Below, one piece after another: positions 54,661 through 64,000 of a stretch of 64,000 nt of DNA; the first letter of the stretch is position 1, and every line of letters starts with the position of its first letter. Under the pieces are notes generated by a model, which saw only the letters and a program-made list of their open reading frames with translations, was not told the DNA's origin and made no database searches. The position numbers and the translations under genes are program-made. Origin of the DNA: Trueperaceae bacterium (GTDB lineage: Bacteria; Deinococcota; Deinococci; Deinococcales; Trueperaceae); the NCBI GenBank assembly GCA_040905465.1, contig JBBDRK010000067.1, positions 19,042 through 83,041 of the forward strand. The letters run 5' to 3'.

Positions 54661-55692
54661 ATGAGAGCACCGAGTATCCAAGCCATTCTGACGTTCCTGT
54701 GTGCCCTTCTCGCCGGCAGTGCGGCGCTGGCGCAGCTGACGCCCGAGGAGGCGGCGGCGAAGTTCGACATCGACCTTTCCGGCGAATCGATCACCACTAC
54801 CAGCTCGCTCGCCGGCGCGCTGCTGATGCCGCAGGCGTACATGCTCGAAATGCTGGAGGCGTGGGGGGCCGACGTCGAAATCGTCACCCTCACCACCACC
54901 TCGGGCGTGCAGGCCCTTATCGCCAACCGCTCCAACCTCGCTCCGCACGGCGCGGACGAGTTGATCATCGGTGCGGCCGAAGGGGCCGACCTGCTGGCGA
55001 TCGGATCGCCACAGTCGAAGATCAATTACGTGCTGGCCGGCCGAAGCGACGTCGCATCGGTAGAAGACCTCGAGGGCCGCACCATCGGCATGTCCGGACC
55101 TGCCGGATTCGACGCGCTGCTTACCCGTTTTTCCCTTATCGAGGTGGGCCTCGATCCAGAGACGGACGTGAATTTCGTGCAGATCGGCGGCAGCCCCGAA
55201 CGCGCTACCGCGCTCCTGGCCGGTCGTGTCGATGCCGTCACCATCGGACTCGACGATTGGTTCGAGCTGGCGAGCCAGAGCGAGGACGCGCGTCTGGTTC
55301 AGTACATGTCCGAGGTCGTACCCGACTTCGCGACGGAACTCTACTTCAGCCGACGGGAGTTCATCGAGCAGAACCCGGACATGGCGCTGGCAATCGCCTG
55401 CGGTAACCTCGAGTCCAACCGCTGGGCCAATGAAAACCGCGACGCCTTCATCGCCTTCACGCTCGAAAGCGTGCCCGGAAGCAGCGAGGGTCCCGTCGCC
55501 GAGCTATACGACGCTGCGATGGAGGTCGGCATGTGGCCCACCGAGCCCGACCTGGTTCTGTCCACCGCCGGGATGGAGGGGCTGATGGAGGCCATGCTCG
55601 AGACCGGCGACATCTCGAACCCCGTAGATGTCCAGCAGTACATCGACGGCAGCTACCTGCAACAGGCCGTTGAGATGGGCTGCGGCCAGTAA
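54661..55692 (+). CDS. NitT/TauT (NMT1/SsuA-like) substrate-binding protein
   Basis: ATG behind AAGGAG; signal peptide ending ALAQ; DLEGRTIG.S.P, GGS.ER..AL..G.VDA. Confidence 0.85.
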   Translation: MRAPSIQAILTFLCALLAGSAALAQLTPEEAAAKFDIDLSGESITTTSSLAGALLMPQAYMLEMLEAWGADVEIVTLTTTSGVQALIANRSNLAPHGADELIIGAAEGADLLAIGSPQSKINYVLAGRSDVASVEDLEGRTIGMSGPAGFDALLTRFSLIEVGLDPETDVNFVQIGGSPERATALLAGRVDAVTIGLDDWFELASQSEDARLVQYMSEVVPDFATELYFSRREFIEQNPDMALAIACGNLESNRWANENRDAFIAFTLESVPGSSEGPVAELYDAAMEVGMWPTEPDLVLSTAGMEGLMEAMLETGDISNPVDVQQYIDGSYLQQAVEMGCGQ

Positions 55693-55696
55693 TCCC

Positions 55697-56533
55697 GTGA
55701 CGACAGATGTCGGTCCCACTGATACCGCGACCGGAGGGGCTTCCCGCCCCTCCGTGTCCGGGGTGGGTTCGCTGTTCAGTCGCTACGGTGACTTGCTGCT
55801 CCCGGCACTGGCCTTCCTGGTCTTCATCCTTGCCTGGGAGATGCTGGGGCGGCTGACCAACCCGATCCTGTTTTCGCCCCCGACGCGCGTCGCTCGCGGC
55901 TTTCTGGAGCTGACGGAGACCGGTCGACTACAGCGGGCCTTCCTGATCACGATGAACGCGTTGTCGGTCGCATTTCTACTGAGCGTGGTGGTCGGGTTGC
56001 CGGTGGGGCTGATCATCGGCCGCTGGAAGCTGCTCGCCGAAGTGATGGAACCCTATCTTGATGCGATCTATGCCACGCCCCGCGTCGTTATCGTGCCGCT
56101 CATAATCCTCTGGTTCGGTGTCGGTTACGAGGGCAGAGTCTTCCTGATCTGGATCGGGACGGTGATTCCGATCATCATCAATACCGCCATCGGAGTGCGA
56201 AACGCGCGCCCCGACCTGATCGAGGTAGCCACCTCGTTCGGCTCGCGAGAGACCCAGTTGGCTTGGCACGTCATCCTGCCTGGTGCCGTGCCCTACATCA
56301 TGGCTGGCCTGCGCATCGCCATGGGACGCGCCCTGGTAGGCGTGATCGTGGCCGAGATCTTCCTCGACCTGACCGGTCTCGGCGGCATCATCCAGACCGA
56401 GTCCGCCTACTTCCGAACCCACCGCATGCTGGCCGCGGTGATCGTTGTGGCCGCCTTGGGAACCGTCCTGATCGGCGCGTTCGGTTACCTCGAGAGACGT
56501 TTCGCGCCATGGAAAGAGAGCCTCGCCGACTAG
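55697..56533 (+). CDS. NitT/TauT family ABC permease (second)
   Basis: WE, SPP, TPRV.IVPL..LWFG, EVATSFG, GLRIA.GRA..G..VAE; start uncertain because a hairpin lies at 55732-55754. Confidence 0.88.
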   Translation: MTTDVGPTDTATGGASRPSVSGVGSLFSRYGDLLLPALAFLVFILAWEMLGRLTNPILFSPPTRVARGFLELTETGRLQRAFLITMNALSVAFLLSVVVGLPVGLIIGRWKLLAEVMEPYLDAIYATPRVVIVPLIILWFGVGYEGRVFLIWIGTVIPIIINTAIGVRNARPDLIEVATSFGSRETQLAWHVILPGAVPYIMAGLRIAMGRALVGVIVAEIFLDLTGLGGIIQTESAYFRTHRMLAAVIVVAALGTVLIGAFGYLERRFAPWKESLAD

Positions 56534-56595
56534 ATGCCCTTACCGCTGCATCCCCGCGGCGCTCGGCCGACGGCTGCCGTCCTAGGAGTTCAACC

Positions 56596-57489
56596 ATGAA
56601 GTTCCTGACCTATCTGCGCCACGACGAGGAACGACTGGCCGTCGTGGCCCCCGATCGTTCAAGGGCGATCGACGTCGTGTCGGCCGGCGAGGCCCTTGGG
56701 GCGTTTTCTGTCCCCCGGTCGATGCTGGAGCTGGTAACCGGCGGCAATGATGCGCTCAACCGGGTCGAGGACCTGCTGCGCCGGGTCGAGGAACTCCCTC
56801 CGGAGGCGACGATCGAACCCGGCGGCAGCGTTTTGGCGCCCATCCCACGCCCACGGAAGAACCTGTTCGCCGTCGGCCTGAACTACGTGCGCCACACGCG
56901 CGAGTTTACCGGGTCCGACAGGTTGCCCGACGACCCGATAATCTTCACCAAGGCACCCACGTCGGTAGTCGGACCGAACGTCGCGATCGAACTGCGCCCC
57001 GACCTCTCCTCGCAGGTGGACTACGAGGGTGAGCTAGGCGTGGTGATCGGCCGGCGCGGGCGCGACATCCCCGCGGAGCGGGCCGAGGAGCACATCTTCG
57101 GTTACACCATCATCAATGACGTCACCGCCCGCGACCTGCAGAAGCGGACCAGTCAGTGGTTCCTCGGCAAGAGCCTGGACACGTTCTGCCCGATGGGGCC
57201 CTACCTGGTACACAAGTCGGCGGTCGGCTGGCCCGTCAAGCTCGGCCTGCGCACGATCGTCAATGGTGAGGTCCGGCAGGACAGCAACACCGAATTGCTG
57301 TACTTCGACATACCCACGCTGATCGCAACAATTTCCGCCGGCATCACGCTGGAGCCGGGCGACGTCATCGCCACCGGCACGCCGGAAGGAGTAGGCATGG
57401 GCTTCGACCCACCGAAGTTCCTGATGGCGGGTGACGTGGTGGAGATCGAGATCGAAGGACTGGGGGCCTTGCGCAATCCCGTCAGATGA
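56596..57489 (+). CDS. Fumarylacetoacetate hydrolase family protein (second)
   Basis: VGLNY..H, FTK, DYEGEL, NDVTARDLQ, GKSLDTFCPMGP, TGTPEGVG; AGGAG RBS. Confidence 0.92.
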   Translation: MKFLTYLRHDEERLAVVAPDRSRAIDVVSAGEALGAFSVPRSMLELVTGGNDALNRVEDLLRRVEELPPEATIEPGGSVLAPIPRPRKNLFAVGLNYVRHTREFTGSDRLPDDPIIFTKAPTSVVGPNVAIELRPDLSSQVDYEGELGVVIGRRGRDIPAERAEEHIFGYTIINDVTARDLQKRTSQWFLGKSLDTFCPMGPYLVHKSAVGWPVKLGLRTIVNGEVRQDSNTELLYFDIPTLIATISAGITLEPGDVIATGTPEGVGMGFDPPKFLMAGDVVEIEIEGLGALRNPVR

Positions 57490-57510
57490 CGGTGAGCGGC
57501 ACGCACGTCT

Positions 57511-57840
57511 TCAGCCTCGCGGCCAATAGGCGATGACTGCTGCCCCGGTCAGGGCAATGGCGGCACCCCATAGACTTGGAGAGTCCGGGCGGTGACCGTC
57601 GATTACCCATCCCCAAGCGAGTGCCAGCGCGACGAACAGGCCGCCGTACGCGGCATAGATCCGGCCAAAGTGGAACGAAGCGGGCTGAAGTGTAGGCAAC
57701 ACACCGTACAGGACAAGAACCAAGGCGCCCAGTGCTCCTGCCCAGAGTGGCCGGCCCTCTCGCAGCCATACCCACATCAGATAACCTCCACCGATTTCGG
57801 CAAAGGCGGCGAGGACGAGCAAGATGACCGAGCCGAGCAT
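57511..57840 (-). CDS. ynfA: YnfA family (UPF0060, SMR-like) membrane protein
   Basis: AA.AEIGGGYL.W.W.R, FGRIYAAYGG.F, WGW.IDG.RPD. Confidence 0.9.
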   Translation of the reverse strand: MLGSVILLVLAAFAEIGGGYLMWVWLREGRPLWAGALGALVLVLYGVLPTLQPASFHFGRIYAAYGGLFVALALAWGWVIDGHRPDSPSLWGAAIALTGAAVIAYWPRG

Positions 57841-58140
57841 GCCCTGACTAGCCGGCAACCGCCGGCGTCGCACTGCCGGCGCTGCGCTCAGTCGTCGATC
57901 CTGGGTTCAGGCTGATGCCAGCACGTCTGTTGACCATGTGAGCTCCCATCGTTGCCTTCGCGGTGACCGCACGTCGCCGCCCAGCAACTCGAGTCTGATG
58001 TACCTGACTATAGAGTTCGAGGGCTCAGTCGAGTCTTTCACGGCCGCTCGAGTACGGGCAAGCCGCCGCCTTGTCAAGCCCATACCGACCGCCGGCAACG
58101 ACCGGTGCACGACGGAACGGCGATTCAACCGGCAGTGGAA

Positions 58141-59019
58141 TCAAACGAGGGAGTCGGTTCGCGCCTCGATCGCCCGGACGACCGCCGCCATGTCCGACTG
58201 GCCGTGCCCTTGCGTAAGAGTCTCGCCGTAGAGGGCGTGGCATACGTCCAACAGCGGCGAAGCCAGGTTCGTCTCCCTTGCCGCCTCGGCAATCAGCCGG
58301 TTGTTCTTCAGGACATCGACGATCGAGGCCTGGACGGCGAAGTCGCCGGCTACCAGCTTGTGTGCCTTCGTGCGTGACACGCTGCTCGCCATCGGGCCGG
58401 CGTCGAGCACGGCCAGGAACTGTTGCATGTCGAGGTTGTGCCGGTCGGCGAAGTGAACCGCCTCCGCGAGGCCGGTGACCATGGTTATCAGAAACAGGTT
58501 GACCGAGAGCTTCATGAGCAGCGCGTTCGGTACCGGCCCACAGGTGGTCGTCTCACGGCATATCGGTTGGAGCAGCGGGCGTACCTCCTCGACGCTCGAG
58601 CGCTCGCCGGCCAGCATGGCCACGAGCTGGCCTGCCTCGGCCGGCGACCGTGAGCCCGACACGGGAGCCTCGACGTAGCTACCTCCCGCGGCATGAATGT
58701 CGGCTTCCAGCCCACGCGAGTAGTCGGGCGAGCTCGTCCCCATGTGGACGATAGTGTGCTGCGCGACGTGTTCCGCAAAGGCTGGGGTACCACGGCCCAG
58801 TACCGAGTCGGTCGAAGCCTCGTCGGCCATCATGAGGATCACCGCGCGCGTCTGCCCGAAAAGCTCGCCTGGAGTCGTCGCCACCGTTGCGCCGGCGTCG
58901 CGCAGGGGATCGGTCTTTTCGGCGGAGCGGTTCCAGACCACGAGTGGCGTGCCGGCGCGGGCAAGATTGAGCGCCATCGGCCGTCCCATGACACCGAGTC
59001 CGATGAATCCAAGTTTCAC
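58141..59019 (-). CDS. NAD(P)-dependent oxidoreductase, 3-hydroxyisobutyrate dehydrogenase family
   Basis: [29 protein letters not shown]. Confidence 0.9.
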   Translation of the reverse strand: MKLGFIGLGVMGRPMALNLARAGTPLVVWNRSAEKTDPLRDAGATVATTPGELFGQTRAVILMMADEASTDSVLGRGTPAFAEHVAQHTIVHMGTSSPDYSRGLEADIHAAGGSYVEAPVSGSRSPAEAGQLVAMLAGERSSVEEVRPLLQPICRETTTCGPVPNALLMKLSVNLFLITMVTGLAEAVHFADRHNLDMQQFLAVLDAGPMASSVSRTKAHKLVAGDFAVQASIVDVLKNNRLIAEAARETNLASPLLDVCHALYGETLTQGHGQSDMAAVVRAIEARTDSLV

Positions 59020-59142
59020 GTTCGCCTCTTCCTCTAACCGGGATCGCTCCCGACAAATCGGCGCATGAGCAGGCGGCGTCTACTGGCCGGGCCAGATTCC
59101 TGTGGTTAGAGCGCTCGCCCGGCCTCACGCACCGCTCGGCCG

Positions 59143-59547
59143 CTATCTGTTCAGGGCACCCGCGCACTCGCCGACGCGCTTGACGTCTCTTCGACGAGGA
59201 ACCTCTTCACCGCTGGACAACTCCGCTTTCGCCTCGGCCAGTATCGTGAGGAAGCTTTCGGCGACCGGCGTGAGTTGGCGAATGTCGGTGGCGCGGCGAC
59301 GCTCGTTTCGGTAGTTGAACTGGCGCGTCCACTCGGTCGCCATTGCAGTAGCGCCCAGGTCGGTGAAAGCTCCCGGCGAGAATCGGTCGATGAACGAGCG
59401 GTCGAAACATGAGTCGTACCAGTGCGGGTGCAGCTTGGAGAAGCGCTCTACGGCAACCGTGATCGAGCGGCGCTGGATGTGCTCCTTTACGTGCCTCTCC
59501 AGCCATCTGCTGAACCGGCGCTCGAGCCGGATGGACAGGTCGTTCAT
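59143..59547 (-). CDS. Hypothetical protein divergent from LysR
   Basis: ATG 59547 behind AAGGAGG; 134-aa ORF filling the gap; no recognised motif. Confidence 0.6.
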   Translation of the reverse strand: MNDLSIRLERRFSRWLERHVKEHIQRRSITVAVERFSKLHPHWYDSCFDRSFIDRFSPGAFTDLGATAMATEWTRQFNYRNERRRATDIRQLTPVAESFLTILAEAKAELSSGEEVPRRRDVKRVGECAGALNR

Positions 59548-59660
59548 TTCTTGCCTCCTTGATTCGTCGCAGCTACGCACCCGGCGCAGGTCGTATGTTT
59601 CAGCTTAGGGAAGCGGGCGTCGCACGGCAAAAGCCGCAGGCGATGATTCCGCGGCAATCT

Positions 59661-59675
59661 ATCTGATCAGCTGAT
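59661..59675. promoter_or_regulatory. Candidate LysR binding box
   Basis: ATC-N9-GAT (ATCTGATCAGCTGAT, T-N11-A) in the intergenic region between the divergent genes. Confidence 0.45.
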
Positions 59676-59847
59676 TGTCCGTTCCTCGAACCGTTGGCTA
59701 GAGTAGCCTCGGAATGGCCACCGACCTTCGCACCCTTCAAATGGCCCAGTATCGACCGCAAGAGGACGGTGCCGCCGAGCACTTCGTAGGGCTGGTGAGC
59801 GCGCGCGGGGTACTTGCCCGGCTTCGGGTCAGGCGTAAGCTGGCGCC

Positions 59848-60774
59848 ATGAAGCTTCAACACCTCCGGGCCCTCGTAGCCATCGTCGACGAAGGCAGCTT
59901 CTCTGGAGCGGCCCTTTGTCTTGGCACGTCGCAGTCGACGGTCTCCAATGCGGTTGCCGAACTCGAGGAGGAGTTGGGGGTTCGGCTCCTCGACCGTGGG
60001 CGCTTCGGAGCCACCCCTACCGAAGTGGGAACCCGGGTTGCAGCCCACGCCCGCCGGCTCGAGGGCGTAGTGAGCGCCATCGTTCAGGAGGCGCAGCTGG
60101 AAAAGGGTGACCTGCGGGGGACGCTTCGCGTCAGCTCGTTTCGCTCCGCCGCGACCCACGTGCTTCCGGCGGTCATAGACGGCTTACGGGGGCGGCACCC
60201 GGGGCTTCGCGTGGAGGTGCATGAGGTCGATAGTCGTTGTGCCGTCGTCTCGCCGGCTCTGAACGCGGGGACGGTGGACGTGGCGCTCACCATGTCGATT
60301 CTCGTCGACGACACCGTCTTCTGGGAGATTCTTCGTGACCGCTACGTGGCCGTGGTTCCGGACGGTTTCGGCCACAACGACCGTGCGATGTCGATCGAGC
60401 ACATGCTCGAGCACCCTCTCATCCTCAGCGACGGGCCCTGTTCGTTGCCGCTCCGCCAGCGCCTGCTGGCGCTCGAACCCGCTTTCCGGCCGAGCTTCGA
60501 GATCTCGGAGGACTCGACGATCATCGCCCTGGTAGCTCAGGGCCTGGGCGTTGCGCTGTTGCCCGAGCTGGCGGTCGGCGTGCTTCCACCCGGCGTTCGG
60601 CGGCTGGAACTCGCCGAACGGATAGAGAGAAGCGTTGGCGTGGCGCTCGCCACGAGCAGCCTGAAAATCCCCTCGGTACGTGCGTTCCTGCGGGTAGTGC
60701 GCGACCTGTACCCTTCGAGTGACGTTCCCTCGCTTGCCGAGCCCGCGAGTCCGGTACACTCCGCGACTGCTTGA
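59848..60774 (+). CDS. LysR family transcriptional regulator
   Basis: GSFSGAA..L..SQSTVS..V..LEEELGV.L..R, PTE.G, GLGVALLP. Confidence 0.93.
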   Translation: MKLQHLRALVAIVDEGSFSGAALCLGTSQSTVSNAVAELEEELGVRLLDRGRFGATPTEVGTRVAAHARRLEGVVSAIVQEAQLEKGDLRGTLRVSSFRSAATHVLPAVIDGLRGRHPGLRVEVHEVDSRCAVVSPALNAGTVDVALTMSILVDDTVFWEILRDRYVAVVPDGFGHNDRAMSIEHMLEHPLILSDGPCSLPLRQRLLALEPAFRPSFEISEDSTIIALVAQGLGVALLPELAVGVLPPGVRRLELAERIERSVGVALATSSLKIPSVRAFLRVVRDLYPSSDVPSLAEPASPVHSATA

Positions 60775-60941
60775 CCCGGCCAAGCGAGGCGATAGCCGCT
60801 TACCGCCGGTGACTTGGCGGTTGTACTTCGCTGCTGACCACCGAGCTCGCAATGTGGATGATCTACCTGCGACTCCGAGAGAGCATGCTACATTTGAGTT
60901 GGAGAAAATCCTTTCTCCCTACAATCGAAGGGAAAGTTTTT

Positions 60942-61301
60942 ATGACAGTACCCGCGTGGATCAAACCGGGACTATGGGGCGCCGTTCTTGGCGCAATTGC
61001 AGCGATGATAATAGGCTTCAACTGGGGTGGGTGGACCACCGGTTCCAGCGCAGAGAAGATGGCCGTCGAAAGAGCAGAGGCCGCTGTAGTGGTGGCGATG
61101 ACGCCGCACTGCATAGCTCAAGCCATGAGCGATCCGGAAAGCGCGGAGCTGCTCACCGAACTGGCCGCGGAAACGTCGACGTTCCAGCGCCGCAACTTCG
61201 TGCGCGACGCCGGCTGGGCCACCATGCCCGGCCAGGATGAAGCGAACCGGGACCTGGCCGTCTCGTGCGCGCAGGCTCTCGAGGAGATGCCTCCGGCATA
61301 A
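60942..61301 (+). CDS. Small membrane-anchored hypothetical protein
   Basis: N-terminal TM ending IGFNWGGW, two Cys, GWATMPG motif; a conserved hypothetical type as I recall it. Confidence 0.65.
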   Translation: MTVPAWIKPGLWGAVLGAIAAMIIGFNWGGWTTGSSAEKMAVERAEAAVVVAMTPHCIAQAMSDPESAELLTELAAETSTFQRRNFVRDAGWATMPGQDEANRDLAVSCAQALEEMPPA

Positions 61302-61421
61302 CAGCGGCCGTGCTTCGCGGCTCGCTTACGGCCCCACCAGCAGTGCATCGACGATTCCTCGACGGCTGGGGCACTCGAAATCGCAACCCTTGAAAGCGAC
61401 CTCCAGCTATGCCGGGGTCGC

Positions 61422-61778
61422 TCAGTCGGCGCTGTCGTGCCGCCTGAGCGCGAACAGATACGCGACCAGTGCGTCGAGCTCCTCGTCATCGATCTGCTCC
61501 TGCGAGAAGCTCGGCATCGCTCCCAGGCCGTGGCGCACCTGGAACTTTATGAGCCAGCCGGGTAGCGGCTTGTCGTTTATGCCGAAGCCCAGGCCGGCGT
61601 CGCCGCCCGGATGGCACTGGTGGCAGTGCGCGTCGAAGACCTGCTCACCATGCGCTACCTGCGGATCGGACACGTTCAGCGGTCCGTAGAGGGGCTCGCC
61701 TCGATAGGCCGGTCCGCAGGCCACCAGGAGCAACAGGGCCAGCAGGGGCCAGCCGAAGTTGGTGCGAGCGCGCCTCAC
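61422..61778 (-). CDS. Small c-type cytochrome, probable lipoprotein
   Basis: CHQCH heme motif, MPSF axial Met, lipobox LVAC. Confidence 0.88.
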   Translation of the reverse strand: MRRARTNFGWPLLALLLLVACGPAYRGEPLYGPLNVSDPQVAHGEQVFDAHCHQCHPGGDAGLGFGINDKPLPGWLIKFQVRHGLGAMPSFSQEQIDDEELDALVAYLFALRRHDSAD

Positions 61779-63322
61779 CTGCTTCCCTCCCTGCTGATGC
61801 GCCAGAGGACGCCGGTCCCCGGGACCGGGTTCGGTCCCTGCTCGCCGGTCGTCATCACCCCGAAGTCGACTACGTACAGAGACGTGCCGTCGGGGCCGAA
61901 GCGAACCGCGACCGGACGCTCGAGCCCAGCCAGGCCGGTGGCGGAGGCCGGGCCGCCGGGATCGCGGTTTACGGCGAAGTCGTTAACGGTCCCGGTGTCC
62001 GGGTCCACCCGCGTGACCTTGAAACCTACCGGCGCCACCACCTTGCCGGCGCCGGGCGCCATGTCGCCGAACTCGGCGATGAACGCGTGTCCCTCGAAGC
62101 CGAACTCGGCGTTGTCGGAGAAGTCCAGTCCGTTGGAGGAGGAGTGGACGCCGAGCAGCGCGACCGGTTCCGGCGGCTGGTTCGGGTGCTCCGCGAGCAG
62201 GAAGCCCGGCGGGCTCTCGCCGGGCGCCTGGAACTGATCGCTGTCGGTGAGCGGTCGTGCCGCGTGGAAGTCGGGCCAGCCGTACCAGGTGCCAGGCTCG
62301 ACGCGCCAGAGCACGTCGCCGGTCCCGAAGACCGGACGGCTGCCGCGGACATCGTAGCTGTTCTCGGTTATGTAGAGCTCGCCGGCTTCGTCGAATGCCA
62401 GGCCGAACGGATTGCGGAAGCCCCACGCCACCAGCTCGGGTTCGCCTCCGTCGAGCGGAATGCGCATGATGGCGCCGGTGCACGGCACCTCTCCGCTGAT
62501 GACCTGACCGGCTTGGGATGGTGTTCCGAACGGCGAGTATGCGCCGGTCACAACGGTGTCGTCGGGGTCTTCCGTCAGCGGGTTGGACGACTCGAAGTTG
62601 GTACCGGACAAGGTGACGTCCCGGCAGGGGACTTCATGAAACTCGGGATGGCGAAAGAGCCAGCCGAAGTCGGCATTGTCGGTTCCCACCACGGCCGAGT
62701 TGGTTGCCGTTCCCTGGCCGAAGTAGATCATTCCGTCGGGTCCGATAGCCGGTCCGTTGGTGTGGTGGTCGCCCAGGCCCGGCAGTCCGTCGAGAAGCAC
62801 CGTGACCTCTCCCTGAGGATCGATGCGGACGATACGTCCGCCGCCGATCTCGCCGCCTTCGGCGACGAAGAAAGCGCCATCCGCGAAGTCGACTCCGTTC
62901 CAGGGCGGGTTCTCGCCCTCGGCAATTACCGTGGTGGCGCCGTCCGCAGCGACCGATAGAAGCCGAGGCACCGTCCACACTTCGCCGTAGGAGTAGCCCG
63001 CCTCGATCACGTAGACCTGCCCCCGGTCGTCGAACGCCACACCGGTCGGGAAGGTGAGGCCTGTGGCCACTGCCTCAATCTGGTAACCGTCTGGCAGGGC
63101 AACGTCTCCGGGCTCGACTGCCCGTGGCGGCTCGAAACTCGTCTGGCCGCCGCCTCGCGACGGAACCGCCGGAAAGCACGCGGTCAACGCAAACGTCAGT
63201 ACGATCGCCACGCTCAGCGGAACGAGACGGCGAAAGGCGCTCGCCGGCGTGCAAAACGGCTGCGTGGCGGTGTCATCCATAGGCCTTGGAACGCCGAATC
63301 CTGCTCCACCAAACTGCTTCAT
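61775..63322 (-). CDS. Glucose/sorbosone dehydrogenase-like beta-propeller (PQQ-dependent sugar dehydrogenase family), probable lipoprotein
   Basis: VATGLTFPT, GDHHTN, GPDG, AWGFRNPFGLAF, YGWPD, LERPV..RFGPDG; lipobox LTAC; start uncertain (63279-63382). Confidence 0.8.
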   Translation of the reverse strand: MKQFGGAGFGVPRPMDDTATQPFCTPASAFRRLVPLSVAIVLTFALTACFPAVPSRGGGQTSFEPPRAVEPGDVALPDGYQIEAVATGLTFPTGVAFDDRGQVYVIEAGYSYGEVWTVPRLLSVAADGATTVIAEGENPPWNGVDFADGAFFVAEGGEIGGGRIVRIDPQGEVTVLLDGLPGLGDHHTNGPAIGPDGMIYFGQGTATNSAVVGTDNADFGWLFRHPEFHEVPCRDVTLSGTNFESSNPLTEDPDDTVVTGAYSPFGTPSQAGQVISGEVPCTGAIMRIPLDGGEPELVAWGFRNPFGLAFDEAGELYITENSYDVRGSRPVFGTGDVLWRVEPGTWYGWPDFHAARPLTDSDQFQAPGESPPGFLLAEHPNQPPEPVALLGVHSSSNGLDFSDNAEFGFEGHAFIAEFGDMAPGAGKVVAPVGFKVTRVDPDTGTVNDFAVNRDPGGPASATGLAGLERPVAVRFGPDGTSLYVVDFGVMTTGEQGPNPVPGTGVLWRISREGSR

Positions 63323-63501
63323 CGGTACCTCCACTTGCGTCGGAGTTACGGTTCGGGCCTGGTTACGGTGCACCGGCCACACCGCGGACTTATGCTGGCG
63401 AATATTACTTTTCCAAGATTATGCTGTCTAAAGTATAGGGATGGTGACGGCTGCCGCGATTTCGAAACTGAATTATGCAGAGGAGGCGGCCGAATCGCCA
63501 C

Positions 63502-64000
63502 TCAGCGCTCCTTAACAGGGGCAAGTGGCGCGTCGACCATTCTGTCGACGTCACGTTCTACGTCGGACAGGAGCTCCAAAAGTGCAGTGCGTGCGGCGGC
63601 TGGGTTTCCTGCTTCGATTTCGAGCAGTACTTTTTCGTGTAGGGCCAAACGGTTTTGCGGGCCAACCTCGAGACTGGAATGTAGTGTGAAGCTCAGCATC
63701 ATGGGCACCTCCAGTATCCGACCCATGGCCATGTAGAACTCATTCTCGGAACTTACGAAAACAGCCTTGTGGAATTGCATGTCGGCTTCGACGAAGCCTT
63801 CACCGAACGGGTCTGTGTTCTCCAGCTCACGCATTCGTTCGAAAGCCTCGCGGATTTCGGCAACCGATTCGGGATTGCCCCGGCGAGCCGCTGACTCGGC
63901 AGCAGGGGGTTCTACGCTTCTACGGAATTCGAAGAAGTCGTGTATGAAGGTGCTGACACCGCCAGCCTGAATGCGCCAAGCGAGAACCTCCGGATCGAGC
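63502..64000 (-). CDS. FadR/GntR family regulator, C-terminal part (runs off the window)
   Basis: LDPEVLAWR..., FRRSVEP.AA..AA.R, AD..FH, SEN; FCD domain. Confidence 0.85.
   Translation of the reverse strand, partial: LDPEVLAWRIQAGGVSTFIHDFFEFRRSVEPPAAESAARRGNPESVAEIREAFERMRELENTDPFGEGFVEADMQFHKAVFVSSENEFYMAMGRILEVPMMLSFTLHSSLEVGPQNRLALHEKVLLEIEAGNPAAARTALLELLSDVERDVDRMVDAPLAPVKER

Noticed and set aside
57874-58140. Guanidine riboswitch or MerR-type operator upstream of ynfA
   Set aside because: Only partial resemblance (ACTCTATAGTCAGG); no convincing structure or dyad
63390-63480. Three TTATGC words in an AT-rich intergenic stretch
   Set aside because: Short and irregularly spaced; cannot be supported as a binding site
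1-64000. CRISPR array, tRNA/rRNA, prophage, integrase/transposase or defence system
   Set aside because: No regularly spaced repeats, cloverleaf signatures or matching protein motifs were seen by eye

Overview
This is a GC-rich, gene-dense bacterial chromosome segment; protein style suggests Deinococcota/Trueperaceae, which is inference only. I found no rRNA, tRNA, CRISPR array, prophage or IS element. The window is a string of catabolic and transport modules. (1) 1-7.5 kb: three-subunit Mo-hydroxylase, isochorismatase-family amidohydrolase, alpha/beta-hydrolase tail, orphan family-5 binding protein and a phthalate-decarboxylase-like gene. (2) 7.7-20.6 kb: a LacI-controlled carbohydrate cluster (FAD oxidoreductase, Dpp-type permeases and binding protein, cytoplasmic Asp-box protein, SDR, HpcH aldolase, TIM-barrel enzyme, two Gfo/Idh/MocA enzymes) with two near-identical operators. 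(3) 20.7-27 kb: sppA and a patchwork of small genes (two ArsR-SRPBCC pairs, VOC, AraC pseudogene). (4) 27-44 kb: a GntR(UTRA)-controlled Opp-type transporter with duplicated GlpA/LhgO-like oxidoreductases, a glycerol-kinase-like enzyme with an altered substrate site and two phosphoesterases, next to a LacI/dehydrogenase/TIM-barrel unit and a decayed glycerophosphodiesterase gene absent from the ORF track as such. This is the best candidate for an undescribed pathway (polyol or phosphodiester utilisation). (5) 44-51 kb: folE, moeA, fdhD and an FdhF/YdeP molybdoenzyme. (6) 51-57.5 kb: GntR, two FAH hydrolases and a TauT-type ABC transporter. (7) 57.5-64 kb: ynfA, a dehydrogenase, a LysR/unknown pair, and a cytochrome c plus sorbosone-dehydrogenase-like lipoprotein pair. 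All family calls come from motif recognition by eye; no database search was run.
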